A DNA stretch of 64,000 nucleotides, taken from NCBI RefSeq assembly GCF_963921235.1, contig NC_086108.1:108192001-108256000 (forward strand). Reading direction: 5' to 3'. Shown piece after piece: positions 24,977 to 37,720 of the stretch. Origin of the DNA: Mobula hypostoma. Lineage: Eukaryota. A program made the position numbers and the translations under genes. Under the pieces are notes generated by a model, which saw nothing but the letters and a program-made list of their open reading frames with translations, did no database searches and was not told the DNA's origin. How positions within the stretch are numbered: position 1 is the first letter of the stretch; the number at the start of each line of letters is the position of its first letter.

Positions 24977-25150
24977 CGCCTCTTCCTATAGATGCTGCTT
25001 GGCCTGCTGCGTTCACCAGCAACTTTGATGTGTGTTGCTTGAATTTCCAGCATCTGCAGAATTCCTGTTGTTTGCGCCACAATATATGGACTCACTTTCA
25101 AGGGTACTCCATCTCATGTTCTCAATATTTAATGCTTACTTATTTATTCA

Positions 25151-25436
25151 TTTTTTTCTCATCTCAAGCTAGTAAAACCTGAGGCACGGGCATAGCCAAG
25201 CACACTCATTTCTCAATTGCTAGGAACCTTTGAACTATGCTAGTGGTGTTTAATATTGTGGCTTTCTGAAGGTTTACATAGATATTACTGTGTAGCCCTA
25301 ATTGTTTAATGCTATTGTATAGTGCCTTTGGGATGACACCAGTTGTAGATATTGCTATCGGGACAATGTATACCTTGTTCATGTTCCAAGGTCTTTCACT
25401 TTCCTCTTTTAAATTTCTGGTGTTTTTCACATTGAT
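25151..25436 (-). mobile_element. R4/Dong-clade (RLE) non-LTR retrotransposon 3' fragment
   Basis: EKHQK..LKEESERPWNMNKVYIVPIAISTTGVIP..LQKATILNTTSIVQRFL resembles the R4/Dong C-terminus. Short A tail; flanked by (TTTA)n/(TTA)n repeats. Confidence 0.8.
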
Positions 25437-27059
25437 TTTATTTATTTATTTATTGTTATTATTATTATTCCATTTTTAAATTTCCTTTTTGTATTTGCAG
25501 TTTGTTGTCTTTTCTACATTGGTGTTTGTCCGTCCTGTTGGGTACAATATTTCATTGATTCTATTGTGTTTCTTGTATTTATCGTGAATGCCTGCGAGCA
25601 AATTGAATGTCAGTGTTGTAGATGGTGACATGTATATACTTTGATAATTAATTTCCTTTGAACTGTCAGGTATTGATGGGATTTGCAGAAAAGTAGACGT
25701 AGATTTGGTTCATGAAAAATTAAAGCTGTTTTATGAATAACTAAAGTTATCCTGTGTTTTCTAAGTCAGAACACATCAGCCATGACAAAGCATACTCAAT
25801 GGGCTGAATGGCCTAATTCTGATCCAATGCCTTAGAGTCTTATGGCCTAATTGAGAAGAGCATAGTGAGTTTGGTTCTGTAAAAAAAAACAGTATAATAA
25901 GGGGCAGAACAATAACGTAGTAGTTAGCAGAAGCGATTGGTGTTCAGGGTTCAATGTGGGAATCTCTGGGTGCCCTAGTTTCCTCCCAAATTCCAAAAAT
26001 GTATGGATAAGGGTTAGTGAATTTTGGGCATCCTATTTTGGCAGCAGAAGTATGGTGATATTTGCAGGCTGCCCCTGGCACAAAATCATTGAAGCAAATG
26101 ATGCATCTCACTGTATGTTTCAATGTTCATGTGACAAATTCAAAGATTCAAAGTGCATTTATTAACAAAATATGTGCGCAATATGCAACCCTGAGATTTG
26201 TCTTCCCCACAGACACGCACGGAACGAAGAAAACCAAGGTGCCCGTTCAAAGAGAAACATCGACCCCCTACCTCCCAAAAACAAATCGTGCAAAAGGCAA
26301 AAAAATAAAGATAATCTTAATTTTAATCTGAATTTTAAATACTTTGCTTGGTGAACGTAATGGTCTTTTTGATTTGGGACGGTTCACATTGAAGAAACCC
26401 TGGAGAGCCAGACATGATTTGTTCATGCCTAACTGTTCCAGTCCAAGGAGAGAATTAATAATCATTCACACAGGTAGCTCTGAAGTGACACACAAGCTGA
26501 TATGAGTGCAAATATGTACTTGAGGAGGGGAAATCCCAGTCAGAATCAGATTTATTATCACTGATTCAGATGACATGAAATATATTGTTTTTGCACCAGT
26601 AGTACAGTACAAGCACATAAAATTACTATAAATTACAAAATAAATTATGTTCTAATGTTTTAGGAACAGCTTCTTCGCCTCTGTCATCAGATTCCTAAAT
26701 GGTCCCTGAATGCATGCCTCAGTATTCATCTTTTGTACAATTTATTTAACTTTGCAGTTTACAATAATTTTTTTTGGCTTGCACTGTACTGCTGGTACAA
26801 AGGAACATTTTTCATGACAAATATCAGCGATAAATAAACCTGGTCCTGGCTCCGACAGTGCAAAAGAAAGAAATTCATGGAATGTTCAGAAACGTGATGG
26901 TGGAGGGCCAGAAGATGTTCCTAAAACGTTAGGTGTGGGTCTTCATCCTCCTCTATCTGCTGGAAGAACCTGGTTTACATAGGGCTGCTTCCAAATCTTT
27001 GGACCTTCAGGCTCCTGAAACTCCTCTCTAATGCTAGTAATAAGAACAGGACTCCCAGA

Positions 27060-27950
27060 AGTACAGCATGGTAGAGTAATGTTTTACAGTGCCAGGGATT
27101 ATCACACGGGTTCAAATCCCGCCGCTGTCAGTAAGGAATTTGTATATTCTCCCCGTGTCCTCGTGGGTTTCCTCCAAGTGCTCTGGTTTTCCCCACATTC
27201 CAAAGACGTACAGGTTAGTAGGTAACACACATCAAAGTTGCTGGTGAACGCAGCAGGCCAGGCAGCATCTCTCGGAAGAGGTACACCCCATCTCCCTCAA
27301 ATCCCACCATCAGCTCCTGGGCCCTCAGAGGCTCCATCTTCCTCTCACCGCAACCCTGCACTCTCCACTGACACCCTCAGCCTCCTCCCTCCCTCTCTGA
27401 TCCCAGCTCTCATCCGTGCCGGGTCTTTACCATCCCCTCCGACCTTCAACTGTCTGAGGCAGAGCGCTCTGTCCTCAGTAAGGGCCTCACCTTTGTCCCC
27501 CTTCGCCCACACCTCAGCAAGTTCTGTGATCGCCATGACACAGAACTCTTCTTCTGCCATCTCTGTCTCCAAGCCTACTTCTTCGGCAAGGACTCTTCCA
27601 CCCCCACCTATGACCCCTTCTCCCGTCTTCAACCCTCCTCCTCTTCATGGACACCCCGCTCTGGGCTTCTGCCTGCTCTGGATCTCTTTATTGCTAACTG
27701 CTGACGGGACATCAACCGTCTCGACTTCACGGCACCTTGTTCCCATTCCAACATCACTCCTGTACCTCTTCCTAGAGATGCTGCCTGGCCTGCTGCGTTC
27801 ACCAGCAACTTTGATGTGTGTTGCTTGAATTTCCAGCATCTGCAGAATTCCTCGTGTTTGCAGGTTAGTAGGTTATTTTGATGACATGGGTACATTTAGG
27901 TGATGCAGGCTCATTGGGCTGGAAGAGTCTGTTACTGTGCTGTACTGTTT
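27060..27950 (+). mobile_element. V-SINE interrupted by a Penelope-derived insertion
   Basis: Head GGGTTCAAATCCC and V-domain run to 27223; the SINE resumes at 27861. Confidence 0.82.
27224..27860 (+). mobile_element. Rearranged Penelope-like insertion: inverted tail + N-terminal ORF fragment + tail
   Basis: 13-bp TSD CAGGTTAGTAGGT (27211-27223, 27861-27873). About 60-bp inverted repeats. The internal frame reads LSEAERSVLSKGLTFVP..YFFGKDSSTP and overlaps the 22623-22798 sequence. Confidence 0.92.
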
Positions 27951-28669
27951 TAACATTCTATGTTCATAGTGACTCTACGACAATCCGCTTCAGAAACACA
28001 AGAGATTCTGCAGATGCTGGAAATCCAGAGTAACACACACACAAACTCAACATGACAGGCAACAGCTAAGCAACGGAATTAACAAAGGACATTTGGGCTG
28101 AGAACCTTCTTATGTCCTGATGAAAGGTCTCTGCCTGAAATGTTGATTATTAATTCCCCTCCTTAGATGCTGCCTGATCTACTGAGTTCCCTCAGTATCT
28201 TGTGTGTGGTACTTATGACAATCCACTTCTTCTGGTTGTATTTACTGAAGCAAGAGTATGAGGCAGAATGTTGAAAATCCTGTGGCACTCTATCTCTGTA
28301 AAATGCTGTGTCTGATGTGAAACAGGACTGGGTTGCAATACTGAACAATAGTCAGTGAGTACAATGACAAAGCCTGGAGAAAATTCATTTACTGTTGACC
28401 CCGTGCAGGGATGGTTTCTTTTTCGGATTATTTTTTATTATAACGTGACTGATCGAACAGTTTCCTCAGTGCACACAGTAAATGAGGCAGGGAATGGTTT
28501 GATGGCTTCATAAGCTCAAAACTAAATTCACCGGCACCACATGGATGGTTGGTGGCATTAAGTTTGCCAAGGTCAATGTGGGCAGGTCGCACACCAACAG
28601 TAACTGGAATTTGCAAAGCAAATTCAAAACAGCAACAAATTTTGCTCAGCATTGCGGTGGCAGAGAAGT

Positions 28670-28980
28670 GACAGCAGTTAGCATAATGCTTTACAACACC
28701 AGCGGTCAATATATCTGAGTGCAATTCCCACCACTATCTGAAAAAAAAAATAATTGTACATTCTTCGCGCTACCACGTGGGTTTCCTCCAGGTGCTCCAG
28801 TTTCCTCCCACATTCCAAAGACATAGGAGTTAGAGATAGTAAGTTCTGGGCATGTTATGTTGGATCTGGAAGCATAGCAACACGTATGGCTCGTGCCCAG
28901 CATATCCTTAGACTGTGTTAATGATTGACACAAAAAACACATTTCACTGTATGTACATGTGACAAATAAAACTAATTTTT
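28670..28980 (+). mobile_element. V-SINE
   Basis: V-domain CGTGGGTTTCCTCCAGGTGCTCCAGTTTCCTCCCAC and GTGACAAATAAAACTAAT tail. Confidence 0.8.
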
Positions 28981-29296
28981 ACTCTTTTAATCTTTAATTC
29001 CAGGTTTCCTCAAATGTTTAATTAGCATGCAGATCCCGACACTAAGTTGTGCAAGAAGAAATTAGGTTGGATGAGTAAACACAAGAGACTCTGCAAATGC
29101 TGGAAATCCAGACCAATACACACAAAATTCTGGAGGAACTCAGTAAGTCATACAGCATCAATGGAGAGGAGCAAACAATCAAAGTTTCAGGCCGAGACAG
29201 TTTATCAGGACCTCAAACACTTATTCCCCTCCATAGATGCTGCCTGAGTTCCGCTAGCATTTTGTGTTTATTGCCCTAGATGGATAAATTTAAAAC

Positions 29297-32240
29297 ATAG
29301 AAGCACAGAAAACAAACAGCACAGTACATGCCCTTCAGCCCACAATGCTGTGGCAATCATGGACTTACTTTAGAAATTACCTAGGGTTACCCATAACCCT
29401 CTGTTTTTCTAAGCTCCATGTACCTATGCAGGAGTCTGTTAAAAGACCCTATTGTATCTGCCTCCACCACCGTCGCCAGCAGCCCATTCCACGCACTCAC
29501 CACTCTCTGAGTAAAAAAAATTTACCCCTGACATCTCCTCTGTACTTTCTTTAAAGCATCTTAAAACTGTGCTCTCTTGTGTTAGCCATTTCAGCCCTGT
29601 GAAAAAGCCTCTGACTATCCACACAATCAATGCCTCTCATCATCTTATACACCTCTATCAGGTCACCTCTCATCCTCCGTCACTCCAAGGAGAAAAGGTT
29701 GAGTTCACTCAACCTATTCTCAAAAGGCATGCTCCCTAATCCAGGCAACATCTTTATAAATCTCCTCTGCACCCTTTCTATAGTTTCCACATCCTTCCTG
29801 TAGTGAGGTGACCAGAACTGAGCACAGTACTTCAAGTGGGGTCTGACCAGGGTCCTATATAGCTGCACCATTACTTCTTGGCTCTTAAACTCAATCCCAC
29901 GGTTGATGAAGGCCAATGCACCGTATGCTTTCTTAACCACAGAGTCAACCTGCGCAGCAGCTTTGAGTGCCCTATGGACTCGGACCCCAAGATCCCTCTG
30001 ATCCTCCACACTGCCAAGAGTCTGACCATTAATACTATATTCTGCCATCATATTTGACCTACCAAAATGAACCAACTCACACTTATCTGGGTTGAACTCC
30101 ATCTGCCACTTCTCAGTCCAGCTTTGCATCCTATCAATGTCCTGCTGTAACCTCTGACAACCCTCCACACTATCCACAACACCCCCAACCTTTGTGTCAT
30201 CAGCAAATTTACTAACCCATCCCTCCACTTCCTCATCCAGGTCATTTATAAAAATCACAGAGAGAAGGCGTCCCAGATCCCTGAGGCACACCACTGGTTG
30301 CCGAACTCCATGGAAAATATGACCCCTCCACAACCACTCTTTGCCTTCTGTGGGCAAGCCATTTCTGGATCCACAAAGCAAGGTCCCCATGGAATCCAGA
30401 ATTGTAATCCAGGGAGCGGGAAGCACAGAATCAAATATCGCTATGATGATTGTACGTTCTAGTATCAATTGTTTGGTGACTATAAAGTATAAAATATAAG
30501 TATGGATCCCATGCCTCCTTACTTTCTCAATAAAACTTGCATGGTGTACCTTATCAAATGCCTTGCTGAAATCCATAAACACTACATCTATTGCTCTACC
30601 TTCATCAATGTGATAACTGACATCCTCAAACAATTCAATCAGTTTTGTAAGGCACAACCTGCCTTTGACAAAGACATGCTGACTATTCCTAATCATATTA
30701 CGCCTCTGCAAATGTTCATAACTCCTGCCTCTTGGGATCTTTTCCATCAACTTACCAACCACTGATCTATAATTTCACTGGTCTATTATTTCCTGGGCTA
30801 TCTCTACTCCCTTTCTTGAATAAGGGAATAACATCTGCAACCCTCCAATCCTCCGGAACCTCTCCCGTCCCCATTGATGATGCTATGATCATTGCCAGAG
30901 GTTCTGTAATCTACTCCCTCGCCTCCCACAGTAGCCTGGGGTACATCTCGTCCGGTCCCAGTGACGTATCCAACTTGATGCTTTCCAAAAGCTCCTGCAC
31001 ATCCCCTTTCTTAATGTCTATATGCTCAATCTTTTCAATCTGCTTAAAGTCATCCCTATAATCACCAAGATCCTTTTCAATAGTGAATACTGAAGCAAAG
31101 TATTCATTAAATATTTTTGCTATCTCCTCCTGTTCCATACACACTCTTCCACCATCACACTTGATTGGTCCTATTCTCTTATGTCTTATCCTCTTGCTCT
31201 TCACATACTTGTAGAATGCCTTGGGGCTTTCTTTAATCCTGCTCGTCAAGACCTTCCCATGGCCCCTTCTAGCTCTCCTAATTTCAATCTTGGGCTCCTT
31301 CCTGCTAGCCTTATAATCTTCTAGATCTCTATCATTACCTAGTTTTTTGAACCTTTCGTAAGCTTTTTTTCCCTTCTTGATTAGATTTAAAACAGCCCTT
31401 GTACACAACGGTTCCTGTATCCTACCATTCTTTCCCTGTCTCATTGGAATGTACCTATGCAGAATGCCACTCAAATATCCCCTGAACATTTACCACATTT
31501 GTGCTGTACATTTTCCTGAGAACATCTGTTCCCAATTTATTCTTCCAAGTTCTTGCCTGATAGCTTCATATTTCCCCTTACTCCAATTAAACACTTTCCT
31601 AACTTGTCTGTTCTTATCCCTCTCCAATGCTGTGGTAAAGGAGATAGAATTGTGATCACTGTCTCCAAAATGCTCTCCCACTGAGAGATCTGACACCTGA
31701 CCAGGTTCATTTCCCAAAATCAGATCAAGTACAGCCTCTCCTCTTGTAGGCTTATCTACATATTGTATCAGGATACCTTCCTGAATACACCTAATAAACT
31801 CCACCCCATCTAAACCGCTCACTCTAGAGAGATGCCAATCAATATTTGGGAAATTAAAATCTCCCACCACAACAACCCTGTTATTATTGCACCTTTCCAG
31901 ACATTGTCACCCAATCTGCTCCTCAATGTCCCTGTTACTATTGGGTGGTCTATAAAAAAACACCCAGTAGATTTATTGACCCCTTCCTGTTCCTAACATC
32001 CACCACAGAGACTCCGTAGACAATCCCTCCATGACTTCCTCCTTTTCTGCAGCTGTGACACTATCTCTGATCAGCAGTGCCACGCCCCCACCTCTTTTGC
32101 CTCCCTCCCTGTCCTTTCTGAAACATCTAAAGCCTGGCACTCTAAGAAACCATTCCTGCCTCTGAGCCATCCAAGTCTCTGTAATAGCCACTACATCATA
32201 GCTCCAAGTACTGATCCACGCTCTAAGCTCATCCCCTTTG
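29297..32240 (-). mobile_element. CR1 LINE with most of ORF2 (APE endonuclease + RT), decayed, with an internal deletion near 30770
   Basis: APE motifs AITETW, GGGVALL, VGDFNFPNIDW, LDL and SDHN (31490-32191). RT motifs DFSKAFD, KFADDTK and RPHLKYCAQFWSP (29680-30762). Frameshifts lie between the ORF pieces. Confidence 0.95.
30394..30501 (+). mobile_element. Extreme 3' end of the young Rex family inserted in the CR1 RT
   Basis: Matches the reverse complement of 17672-17770 and 40430-40525 (GAATCAAATATCG..GTTTGGTGAC..AAAGTAT). ATGGA is repeated on both sides. Confidence 0.85.
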
Positions 32241-33670
32241 TTTGTTCAAGAGGTGACAGAGATTGCACTTGGAGTATTGTCTCTTATTTTGGTAATGTCA
32301 TCATAGGGGCGAAGTCATTAGGATGGATAGAGTACATGGAAGATTTACATGAAAATTTTGCCAGGATTCAAGGGGTTGAGCTGTACGGAGAGGCTGGTAC
32401 TTTATTCCTTGTAACATGCTTTACATAAGGATGGTGTTAGAGAGGTGTATAAAATCATGAGGCGCATAGATGGGGTGAATGTACTTGTTCCTCTTGAACC
32501 TGAGAACCTTTCCCTGGAAAGAGTTTGCAAGTTGGAGGTGTAGCCTCAGATTGTGGTGGCTCAAGAGCTTCTGCAGATGTTGGATATCCACAGCAATACA
32601 AACACAAAATGCTGGTGGAACTCAGCAGGTCAGGCAGCATCTATGGAGAGGAAACGAACAGGCGATTGAAGGATCTTGGCAGAAATGTCCACCACAGTTT
32701 ATTCCTCATCAAAGATGTTGCCCGACTTGCTGAGTTCCTCCGGCATTTTGTGCGTGTTCCTCAGATGATGCTGTTCCTCTGTAAACGCTGCAGTTTTCTT
32801 CCTTGGAGGTAGAAGTCATGGGAAGTGTTATTGGAGCAACACACACCAAATGCTGGAGGAACTCAGCAAGTCTGACACATCCATGGAAGGAAATAAGCAG
32901 TCAACGTTTCTGAGTCCTGAAGAAAGATCTGGGCAAGAAACCTGTTTATTCCTCCTTCTCCAGCACTTTGCCTTTTCCACTTATTTCCTCCCAGCTTCTT
33001 ACTTCAACCCCCTCCCCCACCCACCTGGGTTCACCTATCACCTTCCAGCTTGCCCTGCTGCCCCTCCCCTCCCACTTCCTTACTTTGGCATCTTCCCCTT
33101 TTCTTTCCAATCCCTTTGATGGGTCCCAGCCAAAAGTTTGACTGTTTATTCCTCTTCATTGATGCCGCTTGACCTGCTGAGCTCCTCCAGCAATTTTTGT
33201 GTGTTATTGAAGATGAGTGAGAGTGAGTAAATGCAGTTCGTATTGTAGATGGCACACACTATTGCTGTGGTTTGCTGGTGTGAAGTTAGTGATTGTTCAG
33301 GCTAGTGACTCGTCTGATATGGATTCACAACCGTATAAGGACTGTCTGACCCGCCACTACTGAGACAGACGGCTCTCCAACAACCACAGACAGTTCACAT
33401 GGGGCATTGATTCTTGCTGGGGAAGACACCACATTTCCATTCGATAAATATCTCGCCAGAGTAACAGCAGAGAAAGAGATCAGGCCTGTAGATTAAAATC
33501 AGAATCCAGACCAGGTTCATTATCAGCAAACTATGTCGGGAAATGTATTGTTTTGTGGCAGCAGTACAGTGTAATACATAAGTATACCATAAATTATATT
33601 AAAAAATATTTCATATATATGTATTTCATATATATGTATATGTATGTATAGATATGCATACATACATATA

Positions 33671-34156
33671 CAGTACTGTTCAAAAGCCTTAGGCACATAC
33701 ATATAGGTAGGGTGCCTAAAACCTCTGCATAAGCCTGTAGTAATTTTATATATTGCACTGTCCTGCTGCCACACAAAAAAACTAATTTCATGACATTTGT
33801 GAGTGCTGATAAACCTGATTCTGAAACAGGATTCTATTGGGCACTGAGAGTGGAAAAGGGGAAGGGAGAGGGGAGGGAGCAGGAAGCACCAGAGAGATGT
33901 TCTGTAATGATCAATAAGTCAATTGTTTGGGATCAAATGATCTTGCCTGGTGTGTCAGGGCCGGGTGTGTTTGCATCCGCACCATCCCCTGTCCCTCCCA
34001 CGGTACTCCATTCTCACCATTCTCAACGTCGTTTGCTCCTGCCAGGTTTACAAACTCGCTCTCTGCTCCCAAAGGACAAATATGGTACTGTGCAAAAGTC
34101 TTAAGCATCCTATCTATAGACTGTATATATGTGCCTTAGACTTTTAGCACATGATG
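33671..34156 (+). mobile_element. Composite Tc1-like MITE with doubled TIRs at each end
   Basis: TA-CAGTACTGTKCAAAAGYCTTARGCA motif and its inverse form about 70-bp mini-palindromes at both ends. The internal region is shared with 53239-53771. Confidence 0.75.
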
Positions 34157-34329
34157 CATATGAAATAAAATTGTCAGCTTGTACTGGTCAATCAGTCTTT
34201 CCATCAGTATCACTACGATGGACATCTTTCACAGGCAAATGCTTAACAATGAAATCAACATTTTTGCCAAGTGTAATCTTGTAACAGTGTGACAGAGCTG
34301 TCTGGGAGCCTGGTGTTTTTAGGCTTCCT

Positions 34330-34597
34330 TTTTACTTATTCATTGAGCTACGGTGTGGAAAAGGCCCTTTTGCCCATCAAGCCCTGATTTAATCCTAGCC
34401 TAATCACAGAACAGTTTACAGTGACCAGTAAGCAACCAACCAATACATCTTTGGACTGTGGGAGGAAACCAGAGCACCTGGAGGAAACCCATGTAGACAC
34501 AGGGAGAACCTACAAACTCTTTACAAGCAGTGATGCGTACTGAAGCTGGGCCACTGGTACAGTAAAGCATCGTGCTAACCACTACGCTGCCGTGCGT
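34330..34597 (-). mobile_element. V-SINE
   Basis: GTGGGAGGAAACCAGAGCACCTGGAGGAAACCC and head GTGCTAACCACTACGCTGCCGTGC. Confidence 0.82.
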
Positions 34598-35844
34598 ACA
34601 CCCTTTGTAAGTGTTCCAATCTTCTTTTAATTTTAAACTCCAGGGAAGTCTAAAATCACTTCAATTAAGCATTGGGATATCCTGATCTACATGGCACAAG
34701 AAGTTTTAATGCTGGAAGGAAACCTGTCTTGCTAAATCTTCAGGCTGTCTCAATCTTCCTTTTCGTGAATTGCGAATCGCTAAGTTTTTCATTTTAATTA
34801 CAGGATATTTGTTCGAGTTGTTAAGTTTTTCCCCTTCCCTTGCATTTTTAATCTCCCAGAGAACACATCAGAATAACAGCCTGAGGCAAAGAATGATGGT
34901 GTTTTCTTAATTTATATATTTTGACACGGTAGCTTCTGTGGAATGTGGCATCTTACAGCTGATAACCTCTATGTGGCTCGGGAGGCAGGGTTGGGGAAGT
35001 TTAGGCAGTGGCAGTGTACCCCCCCCCCCCAACGGCCTGACACAAGTCATTTGGTAGAGAGATGAGATCCGCAAAGTGTTCTTAAAATCCATCTAATGAT
35101 CTCATTCAGATTCCCGGGAGCTCTGGCCGAGTAGACGAATGTTATCTTGCCAAAACAGAAAACCTGCTGCTACATCAGCAGAACAAGGCTATTGATTTTT
35201 CCTCTCTCTCTCTTTCCTCTGTGCGCTATAGATTACACCAGGAAGCTTTGCTCCTCACTTTGTAAATTGCGCTGAGGAGTGTAGGTATTTCACACACAAT
35301 GCTTGTGTGGATTATACTTTCCCAATGTACCAGCCGGGTAAAACACAAAAGATATTGGAAGAAAGATCAATGGATCTTGTTCTCAGATTGATGCTTTTAT
35401 GTCTCGCAAACCCAAAACTTTATATCTTAACCATCGGAGCAACATACAGAGAGCTTTTATGAGATATCTTGAGAGTCCCCACCCCCCCACCCTCCCCCCA
35501 AGGGGCTGTGGTTGCTGGGGGCAATTGGAGCGTTCAAGACCAAGATCGATAAGGCTTTATTTTGTTAGGCGGAGGGTGTACTCTTGGATTATGGGGTTGA
35601 AACAGGTAAATAGAATTCAGGTACTGCTCAGATATGGTCTAATTAAAAAGTGGAGCAGACTTCAGAGGTGGAGTATCCTCTGTATGGCTAAATCACACAG
35701 GAACAGAAGTTGAGTTATCGGTAAAGAGTCAATAGGTTAAGATTTTATTTCCTGGATTGCAGGAATATGAGGGGAAATCTTAGAGATATACCTTCTGCTA
35801 CCAAGAAGGCTCTTTTTGTCAAGAGTCACTTTCTCACTTTATCA

Positions 35845-36990
35845 TTTCAGAATCAGAATCAGAAACACGTTTAATATCACCGGCATATGTCGTGGTTTGT
35901 TGTCTTTATTTCAACAGTACAATGCAAGATATGATAATAGAGAAAGAAAACTGTGAATTACAGTAAATATATATCATATAGTTACACAAAATAAGTAGTA
36001 CAAAAATAAAACAAAAGTAGTGAGCTAGTGCTCATGAGTTCAATGTCCATTCAGAAATTTGATGGTAGAGAGGAAGAAGCTGTTCCTGAATCATTGAGTG
36101 TGTCTTCAGGCTCCTGTACCTTCTCCCTGATGGTAGCAATGAGAAGAGGGCATGTCTTGGGTGATGGGGCCCTTAATGATGGATGCCACCTTTTTGAGGC
36201 AACGCTGCTTGAAGATGTTCTGGATACTAAGAATGGAGCTTACATTCTGGAAATGACTAAGGTTACAACTCTCTGCAGCTTACTTCAATCCTATATATAT
36301 CGATTAAATAATCTGTAGAAACCTGTGAGCATCTTTAGTGACATACCAAAGCTCCTCAGCTCCTCAGCTCCTCGAAGTTTTCGGATGACTCAGAGTCAGA
36401 TTGTGGTCGGCATGGCAGGGAGAGTTTTTCTTCCTTCTCCCATCTGCGTGAGATGTGGGACATTTGAGAGACTTTGAACTTTACTGTGCTCATGGACTTC
36501 TTCATCAAGTTATGGTATTGTTGCACTGTTGTAACTATGTGTTATAATTATGTGATTTTGTCAGTTTTTTTAGTCTTGGTCTGTCCTGTGTTTTGTGATA
36601 TCACACCGGAGGAAATATTGTATAATTTCTTAGTGCATGCATTACTAAATGACAATAAAAGAGGACTACATCTCTTCATAATCTGAAAGAAATCTAAAAC
36701 TCCTCATGAACTATAGCCACTGTCCTGTCTTCTCTATAGCTGCATCAATCTGTTGGACCCAGGATAGATCCACAGATGTTCACACCCAGGAACCTGAAAT
36801 TGCTCACCCTTTCCACTTCTGATCCCTCTGAGGATTGGTTCAAATACCCTTGTCTTACCCTTTCTGAAGTCCACAATGAGTTTGTTGGCCTTACTGATGA
36901 TAAGTGCAAGACCGTTGGTGCGACACGACTCAACCAGCCGATACTGTATATCTCGCTCCTATAGGTCCTCTCGTCACCATCTGAAATTCC
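35845..36990 (-). mobile_element. Rex1/Babar fragment containing a nested + strand LINE 3' UTR at about 36376-36690
   Basis: (CAGAAT)n tail at about 35848; ORF 36745-37035(-) SEVERVSNFRFLGVNI; the nested piece ends in GACAATAAAAG..AATCT. Confidence 0.72.
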
Positions 36991-37289
36991 TGTCTGAGTC
37001 ACCTTATGTCCAGATACTCCTGCACTTAGCATCACTTTATGTACATATAATTAGTCTATCTATACAAACTTACCTTATGTATATGTAGCCACACTTAGTG
37101 TATGGTGTTTTAAAATCATAAAATCATTATACATAGGGGCAGATATAGGCCTTTTGGTCCATTGAGTTTGCTTCAGCATTCCATCATGGCTAATTTATTA
37201 TCCCTCTGCTGCTTTCTCCTCATAATACCCTTACGAATCAAGAGCATTTTCCATACAAAGGCAATAATGTTTTCACACTAGGCCATGAT

Positions 37290-37720
37290 GCAACCAGTCA
37301 AAATACTCTCCACCACATACCCATACGAGCTTGTCGAAGTTTTAAATGACATGCCGAATCTTCGTAAACTTCTAAGAAAGTAGAGGTGCTGCCGTGCTTT
37401 CTTCGTAATAGCATTTACGTGCTGGGCTCAGGACAGATCCGTTGAAATTATAATACAGAGGAATTTAAAGTTGCTGACCCTCACCATCTGTTGGTCCCCA
37501 AATGAGTCCTGAGTCATGGACCTCCGATTTCCTCCACCTGAAGTCAACAATCATCTCATTGTTGTTGGTGATATTGAGTGAGAGGTGGTTGTTGTGGCAC
37601 TACTCAGCCGGTTTTTCAATCTCCCTCCTCTATCCTGATTGATAACCACCCTTAATTTGACCAATGACAGTGATGTCATTGGCAAACTGAAATATAGCAT
37701 CGGATCTGTGCTTAGCCTCA
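37290..37720 (-). mobile_element. Rex1/Babar RT fragment (different subfamily)
   Basis: Reverse complement encodes FKFLCIIIS..KKARQHLYFLRSLRRFGM. Confidence 0.78.

Larger units (their letters stand above)
22623..25076 (+). mobile_element. Penelope-like retroelement (Neptune-type), 5'-truncated, young
   Basis: Perfect 13-bp TSD CCACAATATATGG at 22610-22622 and 25077-25089; RT + GIY-YIG ORF; pyrimidine-rich 3' region with a hammerhead. Confidence 0.95.

Noticed and set aside
23410..25182. Alternative-frame and antisense ORFs over the Penelope element
   Set aside because: Shadow ORFs caused by the C/T-rich, stop-poor composition.
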